The notes below the pieces were generated by a model, which saw only the letters and a list, made by a program, of their open reading frames with translations, was not told the DNA's origin and did no database searches. A stretch of 64,000 nucleotides of DNA. Origin: an uncultured Anaerolineales bacterium (GTDB lineage: Bacteria > Chloroflexota > Anaerolineae > B4-G1). Numbering within the stretch: the first letter of the stretch is position 1; each line of letters begins with the position of its first letter. This document shows positions 26,201-36,159 of the stretch, piece after piece. Position numbers and translations under genes: made by a program. The stretch covers positions 81-64,080 of the forward strand of contig CAYMWP010000007.1 in the NCBI GenBank assembly GCA_964393895.1. The letters are read 5' to 3'.

Positions 26201-27502
26201 GAGGTGGCCCGCGACCAGGTTAACGCGCGGCGGCTCTTTGCCAATACGACCGCTTTGCGCCTGTTGCTCTTCCTGGCGGTGATACCGGCGCTGATTGGCT
26301 TTCTGGCCGGGCGACAGGCCCTGGGCGAGCCCCTGGCGGTCGAAACGGTCTGGGCGGTAGCCCTGCTCTACGCCGGCCTGTTGCCGGGCACTATATCCAA
26401 CAACCTGACCGGCCTCTTCCGTGGCTGCGAGAAACACGAATATCCGGCTGCCGTTCAGACCGTGACCACCATCGTCAAAGTCACCTTGGGTGTGCTGGCG
26501 CTGGTGGGTGGGCTGGGGATCGTCGGGTTGGCGGGAGCCTCCATTCTGACCAACCTGGCGACGATGACGATCCTGGCAGTCCTGGCGCAGAGACTGATCT
26601 GGGCCAATCTGCCGCCGGAGCGGCGCCGCCTTTCGTGGCCCTTGCTGCGAGAGATGCTGATCACGAGTTGGCCGCTGATGGCCTCGCTGCTCTTGCAAAT
26701 GCTCTTCACCGGTGTCAACGGCGTGCTCTTGCAGTTCTGGCAAGGAGACGAGGTGGCAGGTTGGTACGACGCCGCGCGCAAGTGGGTGGACGCGCTCAAT
26801 CTCATCCCCTCCATCTTTACCTTTGCCGTCTTCCCGTTGATGTCGCGCCAAGCGGCCCAGGATCGGTCTGGGCTACGCCGGTCTTATCGCTTGTCCGTCA
26901 AACTGCTGACGATGATCGCGCTGCCGGCGGCCGTGCTCGTCACGTTGCTGGCGACGCCCCTGGTAGGCTTGCTCAGCGGCGAGCGATTTTTGCCTCACGG
27001 CGCAGTGGCTTTGCAGATATTGATCTGGTCCATCATCTTTGGCTGGCTGAACAGCCTGACCAACTATGTGCTCATCGCCCTCGACCGCCAGCGTTACGTA
27101 CTGCTGGCCTCCGGCGCGCGCGTGATCTTTGCGGTGGCGGCGAATCTATTGTTTGTGGGTCGCTTTGGCTACCTCGCGTCGGCCTGGATCATCTTTGGCG
27201 GGGAACTGCTGCTGGTACTGCTGTTCTACGCCGACCTGCGCCGTCATTTGGGGCCGTTGGGATGGGGACGGACGTTGGGCCGGGCCGCGCTGTCCGGGCT
27301 GGTGATGGGAGCGACGGCCTGGACGTTGGCCCCTCTTGGCCGCCCGCTGGCGGCTCTGGTCTGCGCCCTCGTTTACCTGGCGGCGCTGATCCTCCTGCGC
27401 GCCCTCACGCCGCAAGAGTGGGGCACGCTCGCGCAGTTGTTGCCAGCGCGCCTGCGTCCAATGACGTGGGGAGTAGGCGGTAGGAGGAGGCTGGGCAGTT
27501 GA
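23243..27502 (+). CDS. Fusion membrane protein: YfhO-family GT-C glycosyltransferase (N-terminal ~900 aa) + Wzx/MurJ-type polysaccharide flippase (C-terminal ~500 aa)
   Basis: ATG at 23243 overlaps the upstream stop (ATGA). The N-terminal ...[27 protein letters not shown]... is YfhO-like. From about aa 930, [32 protein letters not shown]...MREVARD plus 12-14 TM helices is flippase-like. Confidence 0.75.
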   Translation: MIRRKLDGLLPELGIIVILFLLPLLLFAPVALGSRTLLPADGFFSFEPYRAAAADLGVAFPHNHLVADLILENYAWKNFIVEAARDGELPLWDPYIFAGHPFLANGQHSALYPLSVVFYVLSLWRAYGVFAWLQLGLAGMFAYLFARVLGVRRLAGLIAGITFQFSGFMLVSSVPHPMIVAGASWLPFILAMVELVLQQRPILGQGPATLPWVLLGSLGLGCQVLAGHVENTYFTLLVMGAYALWRLIGKFANQRVSESAHWRTSERVAASSRAVMWLALMLALGLALGAVQFAPLYEVVSGSFRSGEAAASLEQVRGWAYPPRRLIAFGIPNFFGNPAHHGYFDLFSGHWTGAQAFPDGQYIDWGMKNYVEGAAYLGLLPLFLALIAILHWLAPRVSRLTSHLSRFTFHATPFFTLLSIFSLGCIFGTPLYALVYVLPGIEQSHSPFRWVFPLSLSVAVLAGFGVEAVQRSRTQHATRDARHADPNPRSPISNLLLLATSPSPVAWSAALAFWGGAVTLVGLLLSRIFFARIEPLVERVFLSLAKAPAAFPDHRAFYSYEFKWVALFGLLLAGSGIVLRVSRCPIYLRRRPFDHTQGRPVWELLAVGLLVLDFVAFGAGFAPAVDPALLDYVPPVVEFLRRDASLWRYATFTPPGTTKTMNANVGMFYGLQAVDGYDSLFTGQYRDYMALIEPQEETQYNRIASFHHWSSLDSPLTDLLNVKYVVTEVEIPNPKYRLVYQDDAVRVYENLAVMPRAYTMPLLAALETDDLAGLVQDHDPRNYVILDSGAYPLDSYITQPATAAAQNVVRYAINEVQVDVQIDEPGWLVLADSYFPGWKAFVRPRGTGEDAEEETRIYRANGAFRTVLLEEPGAWTVRFKYTPDSVKIGAFVSFIAAMVLLFLTGLYLWRFFYREEDDASAVRRVAKNSIAPIVLNLFNRVLDMSFAALMARILGPVGTGRYFTAAIVYGWFDIVANFGLEMYLMREVARDQVNARRLFANTTALRLLLFLAVIPALIGFLAGRQALGEPLAVETVWAVALLYAGLLPGTISNNLTGLFRGCEKHEYPAAVQTVTTIVKVTLGVLALVGGLGIVGLAGASILTNLATMTILAVLAQRLIWANLPPERRRLSWPLLREMLITSWPLMASLLLQMLFTGVNGVLLQFWQGDEVAGWYDAARKWVDALNLIPSIFTFAVFPLMSRQAAQDRSGLRRSYRLSVKLLTMIALPAAVLVTLLATPLVGLLSGERFLPHGAVALQILIWSIIFGWLNSLTNYVLIALDRQRYVLLASGARVIFAVAANLLFVGRFGYLASAWIIFGGELLLVLLFYADLRRHLGPLGWGRTLGRAALSGLVMGATAWTLAPLGRPLAALVCALVYLAALILLRALTPQEWGTLAQLLPARLRPMTWGVGGRRRLGS
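24427..24475 (+). repeat. Heptamer tandem array (TCACGTT-type, 7 units) inside the CDS
   Basis: tcgtgtc tcgcgcc tcacgtc tcacctt tcacgtt tcacgtt tcacgcc, encoding [15 protein letters not shown]. Confidence 0.8.
24664..24726 (+). repeat. Two abutting heptamer arrays, (GCGACAC)x5 then (CCAATCT)x4, inside the CDS
   Basis: gcaacac gcgacac gcgacgc gcgacac gctgacc | ccaatcc ccgatct ccaatct ccaacct. Confidence 0.75.
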
Positions 27503-27536
27503 CGGCTGCTGCTTGAACCCCTCGCGCGATGCAAAC

Positions 27537-27565
27537 TTGCAGCTTGTCTGGCGGCACGGTATAAT
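27537..27565 (+). promoter_or_regulatory. Sigma70-type promoter upstream of glgC
   Basis: -35 TTGCAG (27537-27542), 17-nt spacer and -10 TATAAT (27560-27565). An approximately 120-nt leader contains the hairpin AGAGATG...CATCTCT. Confidence 0.55.
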
Positions 27566-27688
27566 ACCATCAGATTTCAACTAGAGATGTAGACAGTCCC
27601 CATCTCTGTTTTACGCTGGCCTGCCCCCCTCCCGCGCCTCTGTGCGGAATGTGCAGCCCACTTGGAGTGTTGGGAAAGGAGTGAAGCG

Positions 27689-28942
27689 ATGCAAGACATA
27701 CTGGCCGTGATTCTGGGTGGTGGACAAGGGACGCGCCTCTACCCGCTCACCAGGCTGCGGGCCAAGCCGGCCGTGCCGATTGGCGGCAAATACCGCCTGA
27801 TTGACATCCCGATCAGCAACTGCCTCAACTCTGGAGTTCACAAGATCTATGTGTTGACTCAATTCCTCTCCGCCTCGCTCCACCGCCACATCTACCAGAC
27901 CTACAAGTTCGACCTCTTTTCCGACGGGTTCGTGTACATCCTGGCGGCCGAGGAGACCCCCAGTGGTATGGACTGGTACCAGGGCACGGCGGACGCGGCG
28001 CGCAAGCAACTGTCGCGCTTCACCCACGCCCGCGTAGATGACGTCATGATCCTCTCCGGAGATCATCTCTACCGCATGGACTATGCCGGCTTTGCCAAGT
28101 TGCACCGCGAGACGCGGGCCGACGTCACCATCGCCGTGCAGCCGGTGGCCGGCGCCGATGCTTCTCGCTTTGGCATACTCAAGACCGAGCAAGACGGGCG
28201 CGTCACCCTCTTCCACGAAAAACCTCGGCCCGATGCATTGGATGGCCTGGAGAGCCTCCCGGATACCGATAAACCCTACCTGGCCTCGATGGGCATCTAC
28301 ATCTTTCGCCAGGACGTGCTGCGGCAGGTGCTGGAAGAATCGGACGCCGAGGACTTTGGCAAGCAGATCATCCCAGCCGCTATTGAGAACCTGCGCGTGT
28401 ACGCCTTTTCTTTCGATGGCTACTGGGCCGACATCGGCACCATTCAAGCCTTTTACGAGGCTAACCTGGCCCTCACGCTCCCCGATCCGCCCTTTGATTT
28501 CTACGACCCCGACCATCCCATCTACACTCGCCCTCGCTTCCTGCCTTCCTCGCGCACTGATGGCTGTGATCTGGAACGGACGGTGCTGGCCGAAGGATGC
28601 CTGATCCAGGACGCGGACATCCGCGAATCGGTGATCGGCTTACGCAGCATCATTGGGCCGGACGTGCGGATCACACAGGCGGTGATGATGGGGGCCGACT
28701 TTTTCGAGACGCCCGAACGCAGGGCAGAGAACCGTCGGTTGAACCGGCCCGACGTGGGCATTGGGCGCGGTTGCACTATCGAGCGGGCCATCATTGACAA
28801 GAACGCGCGCATCGGAGAGGGGGTCGTCATTCGCCCCCACGCGCCCGATGAAGAGATGATAGAACCCGAAAACTATGTCATTCGGGATGGCGTCGTCGTC
28901 GTGCCCAAGAACGCCGTCATTCCCGCTGGAACGGTCATCTGA
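27689..28942 (+). CDS. glgC: Glucose-1-phosphate adenylyltransferase
   Basis: ATG at 27689 follows GAAAGGAG. ILGGGQGTRLYPLTRLRAKPAVPIGGKYRLIDIPISNCLNSG is the canonical GlgC N-terminus, followed by a left-handed beta-helix C-terminus. Confidence 0.92.
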   Translation: MQDILAVILGGGQGTRLYPLTRLRAKPAVPIGGKYRLIDIPISNCLNSGVHKIYVLTQFLSASLHRHIYQTYKFDLFSDGFVYILAAEETPSGMDWYQGTADAARKQLSRFTHARVDDVMILSGDHLYRMDYAGFAKLHRETRADVTIAVQPVAGADASRFGILKTEQDGRVTLFHEKPRPDALDGLESLPDTDKPYLASMGIYIFRQDVLRQVLEESDAEDFGKQIIPAAIENLRVYAFSFDGYWADIGTIQAFYEANLALTLPDPPFDFYDPDHPIYTRPRFLPSSRTDGCDLERTVLAEGCLIQDADIRESVIGLRSIIGPDVRITQAVMMGADFFETPERRAENRRLNRPDVGIGRGCTIERAIIDKNARIGEGVVIRPHAPDEEMIEPENYVIRDGVVVVPKNAVIPAGTVI

Positions 28943-28974
28943 ACCACCTGCCCCCTTGCCCTCTGCCCTCTTGC

Positions 28975-29019
28975 TTGACAATTACCTCACATTGCCTATA
29001 ATATGACCCTGGTCATATT
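28975..29019 (+). promoter_or_regulatory. Promoter with overlapping perfect palindromic operator upstream of the efflux operon
   Basis: -35 TTGACA (28975-28980), 16-nt spacer and -10 TATAAT (28997-29002). The operator is AATATGACC-ct-GGTCATATT (29000-29019), with perfect 9-bp arms. Confidence 0.6.
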
Positions 29020-29052
29020 TGAACTTGGGTCACAATTGGAGATGGATGAACG

Positions 29053-30486
29053 ATGAAACGAACTAGGATTTACGTGATCCTGGGGATTCTCGTTGTCGTT
29101 GCGCTGGTTGGCGGTGTCGTGTGGCGAGCCCGACAGGCGCGGCAGTTGGAGCAACTAGAAACCCGCTCCGTAGTCGTGGAGCGGGGAGCGATGCTCGTGG
29201 CAATCTCGGCCAGCGGCGGCATCGAACCCCAGGCCCGCGCGGCTCTGTCCTTCGAGTCGCCGGGCGAGGTCGTCGAGGTGGCGGTGGCGGTGGGGGATAG
29301 AGTCGCGGTGGGGGACGTCCTGGCGCGGCTGGACACTGCCCAGTTGGAGTTGCAGGTGCGGCAGGCCGAAGCGGCTCTCGCTATGGCCGAGGCGCAACTG
29401 GTTCAACTCCAAGATGGCGCCCGGCCGGAGGAGATTGCATCGGCGGAGGCGAACGTGCGCGCGGCGGAGGCGAACGTGAGCGCGGCCGCCGCCAGCTACA
29501 GCCAACTCGCGACCGGCCCTGACGACGCGCAGGTTGGCGCAGTCGAGGCCCAGGTCGCTGCGGCCGAGCTACAGTGGAAAGCGGCCCAGATCGCCTACGA
29601 TATGGAGATGAGGGAAGAGTACAACGAGGCCGGGAAAGAGCAGGCCCGCTATGACCTCTACGCCGCCGAAAAGAACCTGACCGCGGCCCAGGCCCAACTC
29701 GAAGAGGTGCAGGCCGGGGCGGACGCCGACGCGATTCGCGCCGCCCAGTTCAACGTCGTCGCCGCCCAGGCGCAACGGGACGCGGTCCAGGCCCAACTCG
29801 ATCTGCTCCTGGCGGGCGCAGTCTCGGAGCAGGTGACCGACGTCGAGGCGCAGGTGGAGCAGGCGCGGGCCGCGCTGGCGCTGGCCGAGCTGGCGCTAGA
29901 ACGCGCCACGTTGCGCGCCCCTTTCGATGGCCTCGTGGCGGCCGTCAACGTCACGGAAGGCGAGATGGACTCGGCCGCGCTGCCGGCCGTCACGCTCATT
30001 GACCCTTCCCGCTTTCGCCTCACCGTCAGCGTGGACGAGATGGACGTGGGGAGCTTGTCGCCGGGGCAGGCAGTGGAGGTGACGCTGGATGCACTCCTTG
30101 AGGCTAAAGGATTGGAGCAATCGGTGGTCACCGGCAGCGTCGAACGGATCGCGCCGGCGGCCACGATATCGGGGGGCGTGGTTTACTACCAGGTCGTCAT
30201 CGAACTGGACCCCACCACTGCGCCCATCCGCGCCGACATGACGGCCAATGCGACCGTCGTAGTGGAGGAGCTAGGTGACGTGTTGCTGCTGCCCACCTGG
30301 GTGGTGCGCGTGGACGATGACACGGGCCAGACCTACGTAGACCGGCGGGTGGGTGGAGAAATTGTGCGCACCGACGTAGAGTTGGGCGTGCGGCACGCGG
30401 GAGTTGTTCAACTGCTCAGCGGTCTCGCTGAAGGGGACGAGGTGGTATGGGTTCAGGGATCGGGCCTCCTCGGTATGGGGCAGTAG
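29053..30486 (+). CDS. HlyD-family periplasmic adaptor (MacA-like), copy 1
   Basis: N-terminal TM, long Ala/Gln-rich coiled-coil hairpin, lipoyl-like motifs (GDRVAVGDVLARLD) and C-terminal beta-barrel/MPD. Confidence 0.85.
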   Translation: MKRTRIYVILGILVVVALVGGVVWRARQARQLEQLETRSVVVERGAMLVAISASGGIEPQARAALSFESPGEVVEVAVAVGDRVAVGDVLARLDTAQLELQVRQAEAALAMAEAQLVQLQDGARPEEIASAEANVRAAEANVSAAAASYSQLATGPDDAQVGAVEAQVAAAELQWKAAQIAYDMEMREEYNEAGKEQARYDLYAAEKNLTAAQAQLEEVQAGADADAIRAAQFNVVAAQAQRDAVQAQLDLLLAGAVSEQVTDVEAQVEQARAALALAELALERATLRAPFDGLVAAVNVTEGEMDSAALPAVTLIDPSRFRLTVSVDEMDVGSLSPGQAVEVTLDALLEAKGLEQSVVTGSVERIAPAATISGGVVYYQVVIELDPTTAPIRADMTANATVVVEELGDVLLLPTWVVRVDDDTGQTYVDRRVGGEIVRTDVELGVRHAGVVQLLSGLAEGDEVVWVQGSGLLGMGQ

Positions 30487-30499
30487 TCGGGAGAAAACG

Positions 30500-31960
30500 A
30501 TGAAACGTACAACGTGGTACGTGGTCTTGGTCGCCGCCGTCATCGTGGTTGCAGCGACGCTTGGTTATGCGTTTGTCTGGCGTCCGCGACAGGCGGAACA
30601 GACTGAGGACGAAAGTCGCTCTGCCGTCGTCGAGCGCGGCGCGATGCTGGTGGCAGTCTCGGCCAGCGGCAACATTGAACCGCAGGCTCGCGTGGACCTG
30701 TTCTTCCAATCCACCGGCCGGGTCGCAGAGGTGTTGGTGGAGATGGGGGATCTGGTCGAGGCTGGCGACGCGCTGGCGCGGCTGGATAGCGAGCGGTTGG
30801 CGTTACAGGTGCAGCAGGCCCAGGCGGCGCTGGCTTCGGCCGAGGCGCAACTGGCCCAACTGACTCGCGGGGCCAGGCCGGAGGAGATCGCGGCGGCGGA
30901 GGCCAACCTGCGCGCTCTAGAAGCGCAAGCGAGCGCCGCGTCCGCCAATCTGGACCAACTCGCCGGCGGCCCCGGCGACGCGCAGATCGCGGCCGCCGAA
31001 GCCGAACTCGCCTCGGCCATCACCCAGCAAAAGAGTGCCCAGGACGCGCACGACATGACGATGAAATGCTTCGAGTTCTCGTGGGGCGGGAAAAAGCGCA
31101 ACATCTGCCCCGCGCTGGGCGTGCCGGAGGAGCAGGCGCGCTACAACCTGAACGCCGCCGACGTGGCCCTGGCCGCGGCCCAGGCGAGCCTGGAAGAGAC
31201 TTTGGCCGGAGCGGGCGCTGACGAGCTGCGCCTCTCCCAGGCCAACGTCTGGGCTGCCGCCGCCCAGCGAGACGCGGCCCAGGCTCAACTAGAGCTGCTG
31301 CTGAACGGCGCGACCGAGGGACAGATCGCGGCCGCCGAAGCGGGAGTGGAACAGGCGCGGGCTGCGCTGGAATCGGCCGAGTTACTGTTGGCCGAGGCCA
31401 CCCTGCGCGCTCCCTTCGCTGGCGTCGTGGCCCAGGTCAATGCCACCGTCAACGAGATGGCGCCAGCCCAGTTACCCGCCGTCACCTTGCTCGATGTTTC
31501 CGGTTTTCATATAACGCTCGGTGTGGATGAGATGGACGTGGGTCGCCTGGCTCCGGGGCAAGCCGCCCAGGTGACGTTGGACGCGCTCCCGGACGTTGTC
31601 GTCGTTGGTAGCGTTGAGCGGGTCGCGCCGGCGGCCAGGATTCGGGATGGCGTGGTTTACTACGACGTCGTCGTTGAGCTGGACCCCACCACTGCGCCCA
31701 TTCGCGCCGATATGACGGCCAACGTGACCATCGTGGTGGAGGAACTGAGCGACGTGTTGCTGATCCCTACCTGGGTGGTGCGGGTGGACAGTTATACAGG
31801 CCAGACCTACGTGAACCAGCAGGTGGAAGGAGAGATCGTGCGGACGGACGTGGAGCTGGGCGTGCGTCACCAGGGTGTTGCCCAAGTGCTCTCCGGCCTC
31901 TCCGAGGGTGACGTGGCCGTCTGGGTGGAAGAGTCTGCTTTTCGGTTTGGCGCTCGGTAG
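30500..31960 (+). CDS. HlyD-family periplasmic adaptor (MacA-like), copy 2 (tandem paralogue)
   Basis: ATG at 30500 follows GGGAGAA. It is collinear with and highly similar to copy 1 (…[10 protein letters not shown](I/V)SASG(G/N)IEPQAR…, …[15 protein letters not shown](A/V)T(V/I)VVEEL(G/S)DVLL(L/I)PTWVVRVD…). Confidence 0.85.
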   Translation: MKRTTWYVVLVAAVIVVAATLGYAFVWRPRQAEQTEDESRSAVVERGAMLVAVSASGNIEPQARVDLFFQSTGRVAEVLVEMGDLVEAGDALARLDSERLALQVQQAQAALASAEAQLAQLTRGARPEEIAAAEANLRALEAQASAASANLDQLAGGPGDAQIAAAEAELASAITQQKSAQDAHDMTMKCFEFSWGGKKRNICPALGVPEEQARYNLNAADVALAAAQASLEETLAGAGADELRLSQANVWAAAAQRDAAQAQLELLLNGATEGQIAAAEAGVEQARAALESAELLLAEATLRAPFAGVVAQVNATVNEMAPAQLPAVTLLDVSGFHITLGVDEMDVGRLAPGQAAQVTLDALPDVVVVGSVERVAPAARIRDGVVYYDVVVELDPTTAPIRADMTANVTIVVEELSDVLLIPTWVVRVDSYTGQTYVNQQVEGEIVRTDVELGVRHQGVAQVLSGLSEGDVAVWVEESAFRFGAR

Positions 31961-31983
31961 ACCACGCATTACGAGGATCAACT

Positions 31984-32709
31984 ATGACGTCTTCGGTAAT
32001 TGAACTATGCGACATCACCAAAATATACCAGATGGGCGAGGTTGAAGTGCGCGCCCTGCGCGGCGTCTCGCTAGAGATAGAGGCAGGGGAGATCGTGTCT
32101 ATTATGGGACCCTCTGGCTCTGGCAAGTCCACCATGATGAACATCGTGGGCTGCCTTGATCAGCCTACGTCGGGCACGTACCTGGTGGAGGGGAAAGACG
32201 TCAGCCATTTAGACGACGATCAACTGGCGCAGATTCGCAACCGCAAGATCGGCTTTGTGTTCCAGACCTTTAACCTGCTGGCGCGCACGACGGCGCTGGA
32301 GAACGTGATGCTGCCGCTGGTCTATGCCGGGGTGGGGGGGGCAAAGCGGCGGGAGAAGGCGCGGCGGGCCTTAGAGTCGGTGGGGCTGGCGGAGCGGATG
32401 GAACACACGCCGAACGAGCTTTCCGGCGGCCAGCAGCAACGGGTGGCGATTGCGCGGGCGCTGGTCAACGACCCGGCCATCATCCTGGCCGACGAGCCGA
32501 CGGGGAACCTGGACAGCAAGTCAGGGGCCGAGATCATGTCCATCTTGCAGTGGCTCAATCGGTATCAGGGCATCACGGTGGTGTTGGTGACGCACGACCC
32601 CAAGATCGCGGAGCACACTGAGCGGGTCATACATCTGTACGATGGGCTTATTACCCACAATGAGATAGTGGCAGAGCCGCTGGTAGCTGTGGCAGGAGGG
32701 GAAGAGTGA
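31984..32709 (+). CDS. ABC transporter ATP-binding protein (MacB/LolD-type)
   Basis: Walker [10 protein letters not shown], signature [15 protein letters not shown] and Walker [12 protein letters not shown]. Confidence 0.92.
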   Translation: MTSSVIELCDITKIYQMGEVEVRALRGVSLEIEAGEIVSIMGPSGSGKSTMMNIVGCLDQPTSGTYLVEGKDVSHLDDDQLAQIRNRKIGFVFQTFNLLARTTALENVMLPLVYAGVGGAKRREKARRALESVGLAERMEHTPNELSGGQQQRVAIARALVNDPAIILADEPTGNLDSKSGAEIMSILQWLNRYQGITVVLVTHDPKIAEHTERVIHLYDGLITHNEIVAEPLVAVAGGEE

Positions 32710-33953
32710 GTATTCTGGAGAGTGTGCGCCTGGCCCTGCGCGCCCTGACGGCCAACAAATTGCGGGCTGTCCTCACCATGCTGGGGATCATCATCGGCGT
32801 CGGCGCGGTCATCACACTGATGTCGGCGGGCGAGGGGGTCTCGGTTTACATCGAAGAGCGGTTCCAGGGCATCGGCTCTAACTTGCTCTTCGTCATACCT
32901 GGTTCGATGGAGGAGCAATCGGGGCCGCCTGGTACGGGGAATAGTACCGCCGAGTTGACCAGCGGGGACGTTGAGGCTCTGCGCGACCCAGTGCGGGCTC
33001 CAGACGTGGCCGCCGTCTCGCCGGAAGTGATGCAGATGGCTATTGTCGCCACGGGCAAGCGCGATACGTTCGTTCAGGTGGAGGGCGTCACGCCCGATTT
33101 TTCCGAGGTGCGCAACTGGCTCCCGGAGGTAGGTGTGTTCATTGACCAGGAGAATATGAATAGCCGCGCGCGGGTCGCCCTCTTGGGCAAGTCCGTCGTC
33201 GAGGAGCTTTTCCCCGATAACCCATATCCGCTGGAGCAGACGGTAAAGATCAACGGGATTCCCTTCCACGTCATCGGCGTGCTGGAGGAAAAAGGCGGCT
33301 CGGGGATGAACGACCAGGACAGCACTGTTTTGGTGCCCCTAACGACCGCTCAGACGCGCCTGTTCCCATCTCGTAGCCGCTCTGGTGAGTATATGGTCTC
33401 TGCTATCATGATCCAGGCGGTGAGTGAGGATCGCATCGAGGCGGCCTCGGAACAGGTCGCCGTCATCCTGCGCGAGCGGCACGATATTGATTTCAGCGAC
33501 GAGGATGATTTCTCCATCATCAGCCAGGCCGATATCATCAGCGTCTTTGGCCAGATCACGGGGGTACTGACGACCTTCTTGGGCGCTATCGCTGGCATCA
33601 GCCTGCTGGTGGGCGGCATCGGGATCATGAACATAATGCTGGTCTCGGTGACGGAGCGCACGCGCGAGATCGGGCTGCGCAAGGCGGTGGGCGCGCGGCG
33701 GCGCGACATCCTGTGGCAGTTTCTCGTCGAGGCGATGATGCTCTCGCTGATCGGCGGCCTCCTGGGTATTGGCCTGGGGGCGCTGGGGGCGAGCATTGTC
33801 TCGGCGCTGATTGACGATTTCCGTTCTGTCGTCACGCCGCAGGCGGTGGTGCTGGCGACGACCTTTTCGGCGGCCGTGGGCCTCTTCTTTGGTATCTACC
33901 CGGCCAGGCGGGCCTCGCTCCTGAACCCGATTGACGCGCTGCGGTACGAGTGA
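32706..33953 (+). CDS. ABC transporter permease (MacB/FtsX-like)
   Basis: GTG overlaps the upstream stop. N-terminal TM, a large periplasmic domain and a C-terminal FtsX 3-TM bundle (…[28 protein letters not shown]…). Confidence 0.9.
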   Translation: MSILESVRLALRALTANKLRAVLTMLGIIIGVGAVITLMSAGEGVSVYIEERFQGIGSNLLFVIPGSMEEQSGPPGTGNSTAELTSGDVEALRDPVRAPDVAAVSPEVMQMAIVATGKRDTFVQVEGVTPDFSEVRNWLPEVGVFIDQENMNSRARVALLGKSVVEELFPDNPYPLEQTVKINGIPFHVIGVLEEKGGSGMNDQDSTVLVPLTTAQTRLFPSRSRSGEYMVSAIMIQAVSEDRIEAASEQVAVILRERHDIDFSDEDDFSIISQADIISVFGQITGVLTTFLGAIAGISLLVGGIGIMNIMLVSVTERTREIGLRKAVGARRRDILWQFLVEAMMLSLIGGLLGIGLGALGASIVSALIDDFRSVVTPQAVVLATTFSAAVGLFFGIYPARRASLLNPIDALRYE

Positions 33954-33983
33954 GCCGAGGAAGCGCGCGCGGCCCTGGAATTG

Positions 33984-34031
33984 GAGGCTTCAGCCGGATT
34001 TGGAACGTCAAAAAGCACCGGCTGAAGCCTC
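33984..34031. repeat. 14-bp-stem hairpin downstream of the efflux operon; its right arm belongs to a dispersed ~35-bp repeat
   Basis: gaggcttcagccgg (33984-33997) pairs with ccggctgaagcctc (34018-34031). caccggctgaagcctcga.tcc...aaaatgag recurs at about 53450-53484. There is no U-tract. Confidence 0.4.
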
Positions 34032-34284
34032 GAATCCGATAAAATGAGAATTGCTGGCTTGATGAGGAGCATCATTTTGGCGCGCTAGAGTTGCTTCTGG
34101 GAGGGCGGGACGCGCTTACCCCTCCACGCAACCCAGCAATTCCCGTTTTGGCAATTCTAGCTTGGGTGCATCGGCCTAAAAGAGCCGATGCTAGGAAAAA
34201 ACTAGCCAGCACCGTCTGTTTTACGGCGGTGCGGCTTCAAAGCGGGGATTACTGCACGCAACCCTGTAAGGGAGAAGAGACTCT

Positions 34285-36087
34285 ATGGCCGCTGAACTCA
34301 TCGTAGACTTTGAACCCCTGGGCCGCCGGGCGCGCGTCGCTTCTGGTGTGACGTTGCTGGAGGCCGCCCGCCAGGCCGGCGTGGGCTTGAACGCCCTCTG
34401 CGGCGGCACGGGCGCTTGCGGGACCTGCCGCGTGCGCGTCGTCGCCGGGGAAGTCTCTCCCCCCACCGAGGCCGAGCGCGAGAGTGTGACCGAGGGGCTG
34501 CGGCTGGCCTGCCAGGTTCGCGTGTGGGGCGACGTGCGGGTGGATGTGCCGCCGGATTCCATCACCGCTCCGCAGCGGGCGCAGGTCGAAGGGCGCGAGC
34601 GGTCGGTCGAACTCGACCCCGCCGCGCGCAGCTTGGACGTGACCCTGGTTCCAGCCAGCCTGGACGACCTGCGGGCCGACGCCACACGCTTGCGCGAGGC
34701 CCTTGCCCAGCAGCACGATGTCGCCGTTGAGCGATGCGATCACGAGGTGTTGCGCCAGCTTCCCGCCCTGCTGCGCGAGAACGAGTGGCGCGTTCGCACA
34801 GTCATCAAGGGAGACGAGCTCCTGGCCGTCGCGCCGTCCGACGTTTCACCGCTGGGGCTGGCGGTAGATATTGGCACGACCAAGGTGGCCGCTTACCTGG
34901 TGGACCTGGCGAGCGGCGAGACGTTAGGCTCGGCCGGCGTGATGAACCCCCAGATCGCCTACGGTGAGGACGTGATGGCCCGCATCACCTATGCGATGAA
35001 AGGCCAGGATCGGGCGCGGGAACTCCAGAGCGCGCTCGCCGATGGACTGAACGGCCTGACCGGCGAGTTGTGCGCCCAAATCGGACACGGGAGCGAAGAG
35101 ATCGTCGAGGCAGTGCTGGTGGGTAACACCTGTATGCACCACATGGCGCTTGGGCTGCCAACGGACTCGCTGGGACTGGCTCCTTACGTGGCGGTCATGG
35201 CCTATTCTTACGACGTCAAGGCGCGCGATTTGGGGTTGAGCCTCTCCCCCGGCGCCAGCGTGCACCTCTTGCCCAACATTGCCGGATTCGTTGGCGCGGA
35301 CCACGTAGCCATGCTCCTGGCGACATCCATCTACGATACGGACGCCATCACCGTGGGCCTGGACATTGGCACCAATACCGAGATCAGCCTGGCAGTCGAG
35401 GGGCGGCTGTTGAGCTGTTCTTGCGCCTCCGGCCCGGCCTTCGAGGGGGCCCACATCCACGACGGTATGCGGGCCGCGCCGGGCGCTATTGAGCGGGTGC
35501 GGCTCGTGGATGGGCGGATCAAGTACCAGACGATTGACGGCGCGCCGCCGGTGGGCATCTGCGGCTCTGGCATCCTGGACGTCGTGGCCGAACTGCGTCG
35601 GGCCGGCGTGTTGCGGGCCAACGGCGCGATGCAGCCAGAGAACCATCCTCGCGTTCGTGGGGATGGTAGGGGGATCGAGTTCCTGCTCGTGCCGGCCGGC
35701 GAGCGCTCCGCGGCGCGTGACATCACCGTCACCCGCAAGGACATCAACGAGATTCAACTGGCCAAGGCCGCCATTCGCGCTGGGATAGAGGTATTGCTGG
35801 ACGAGGCCGGGTTGAAAGCGGAGCAGGTGGAGCAGGTTGTGGTGGCGGGAGCCTTTGGCACCTACCTGGACGTGGAGAGTGCGCTGGCGGTGGGCATGTT
35901 CCCGCCGCTGGAGCGCGAGCGATTCACGCAGGTGGGCAACGCGGCCGGAATGGGGGCCAAGCTGACGTTGCTTTCGCGCCGCTGCCGCGAGCAGGCGGAG
36001 GAGATCGCTCGCCGGGTGGAGTACGTCGAGCTGACCACCAATCCGCGCTTTGTCGGAAAGTACACAAAAGCGCTGATGCTGCCGTAA
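34285..36087 (+). CDS. [2Fe-2S] ferredoxin + ASKHA (DUF4445) protein, RACo-like reductive activator
   Basis: N-terminal plant-type ferredoxin motif CGGTGACGTCRVRV...LACQ. The remainder is ASKHA-fold (DIGTTKVAAYL, LDIGTNTEI, GICGSG), typical of corrinoid-activation proteins. Confidence 0.75.
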   Translation: MAAELIVDFEPLGRRARVASGVTLLEAARQAGVGLNALCGGTGACGTCRVRVVAGEVSPPTEAERESVTEGLRLACQVRVWGDVRVDVPPDSITAPQRAQVEGRERSVELDPAARSLDVTLVPASLDDLRADATRLREALAQQHDVAVERCDHEVLRQLPALLRENEWRVRTVIKGDELLAVAPSDVSPLGLAVDIGTTKVAAYLVDLASGETLGSAGVMNPQIAYGEDVMARITYAMKGQDRARELQSALADGLNGLTGELCAQIGHGSEEIVEAVLVGNTCMHHMALGLPTDSLGLAPYVAVMAYSYDVKARDLGLSLSPGASVHLLPNIAGFVGADHVAMLLATSIYDTDAITVGLDIGTNTEISLAVEGRLLSCSCASGPAFEGAHIHDGMRAAPGAIERVRLVDGRIKYQTIDGAPPVGICGSGILDVVAELRRAGVLRANGAMQPENHPRVRGDGRGIEFLLVPAGERSAARDITVTRKDINEIQLAKAAIRAGIEVLLDEAGLKAEQVEQVVVAGAFGTYLDVESALAVGMFPPLERERFTQVGNAAGMGAKLTLLSRRCREQAEEIARRVEYVELTTNPRFVGKYTKALMLP

Positions 36088-36159
36088 TTGCAGGATGCGA
36101 TGCGCTTGCCGCTGTGCTTGCAAAAGCGCCTCGCGTCCTAAATGTGAGGAGAGCAAGCT

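Noticed and set aside
27611-28516. Long antisense ORFs in the high-GC part. Examples are 27611-28516, 36178-37554, 51294-53063, 42400-43602, 23141-24292, 34924-36171, 46281-47294, 53487-54707, 13291-14295 and 16657-17487
   Set aside because: Each is the mirror frame of a strongly supported gene with recognisable family motifs. Their translations are Arg/Gly/Pro-rich low-complexity sequence, typical of GC-rich shadow ORFs.
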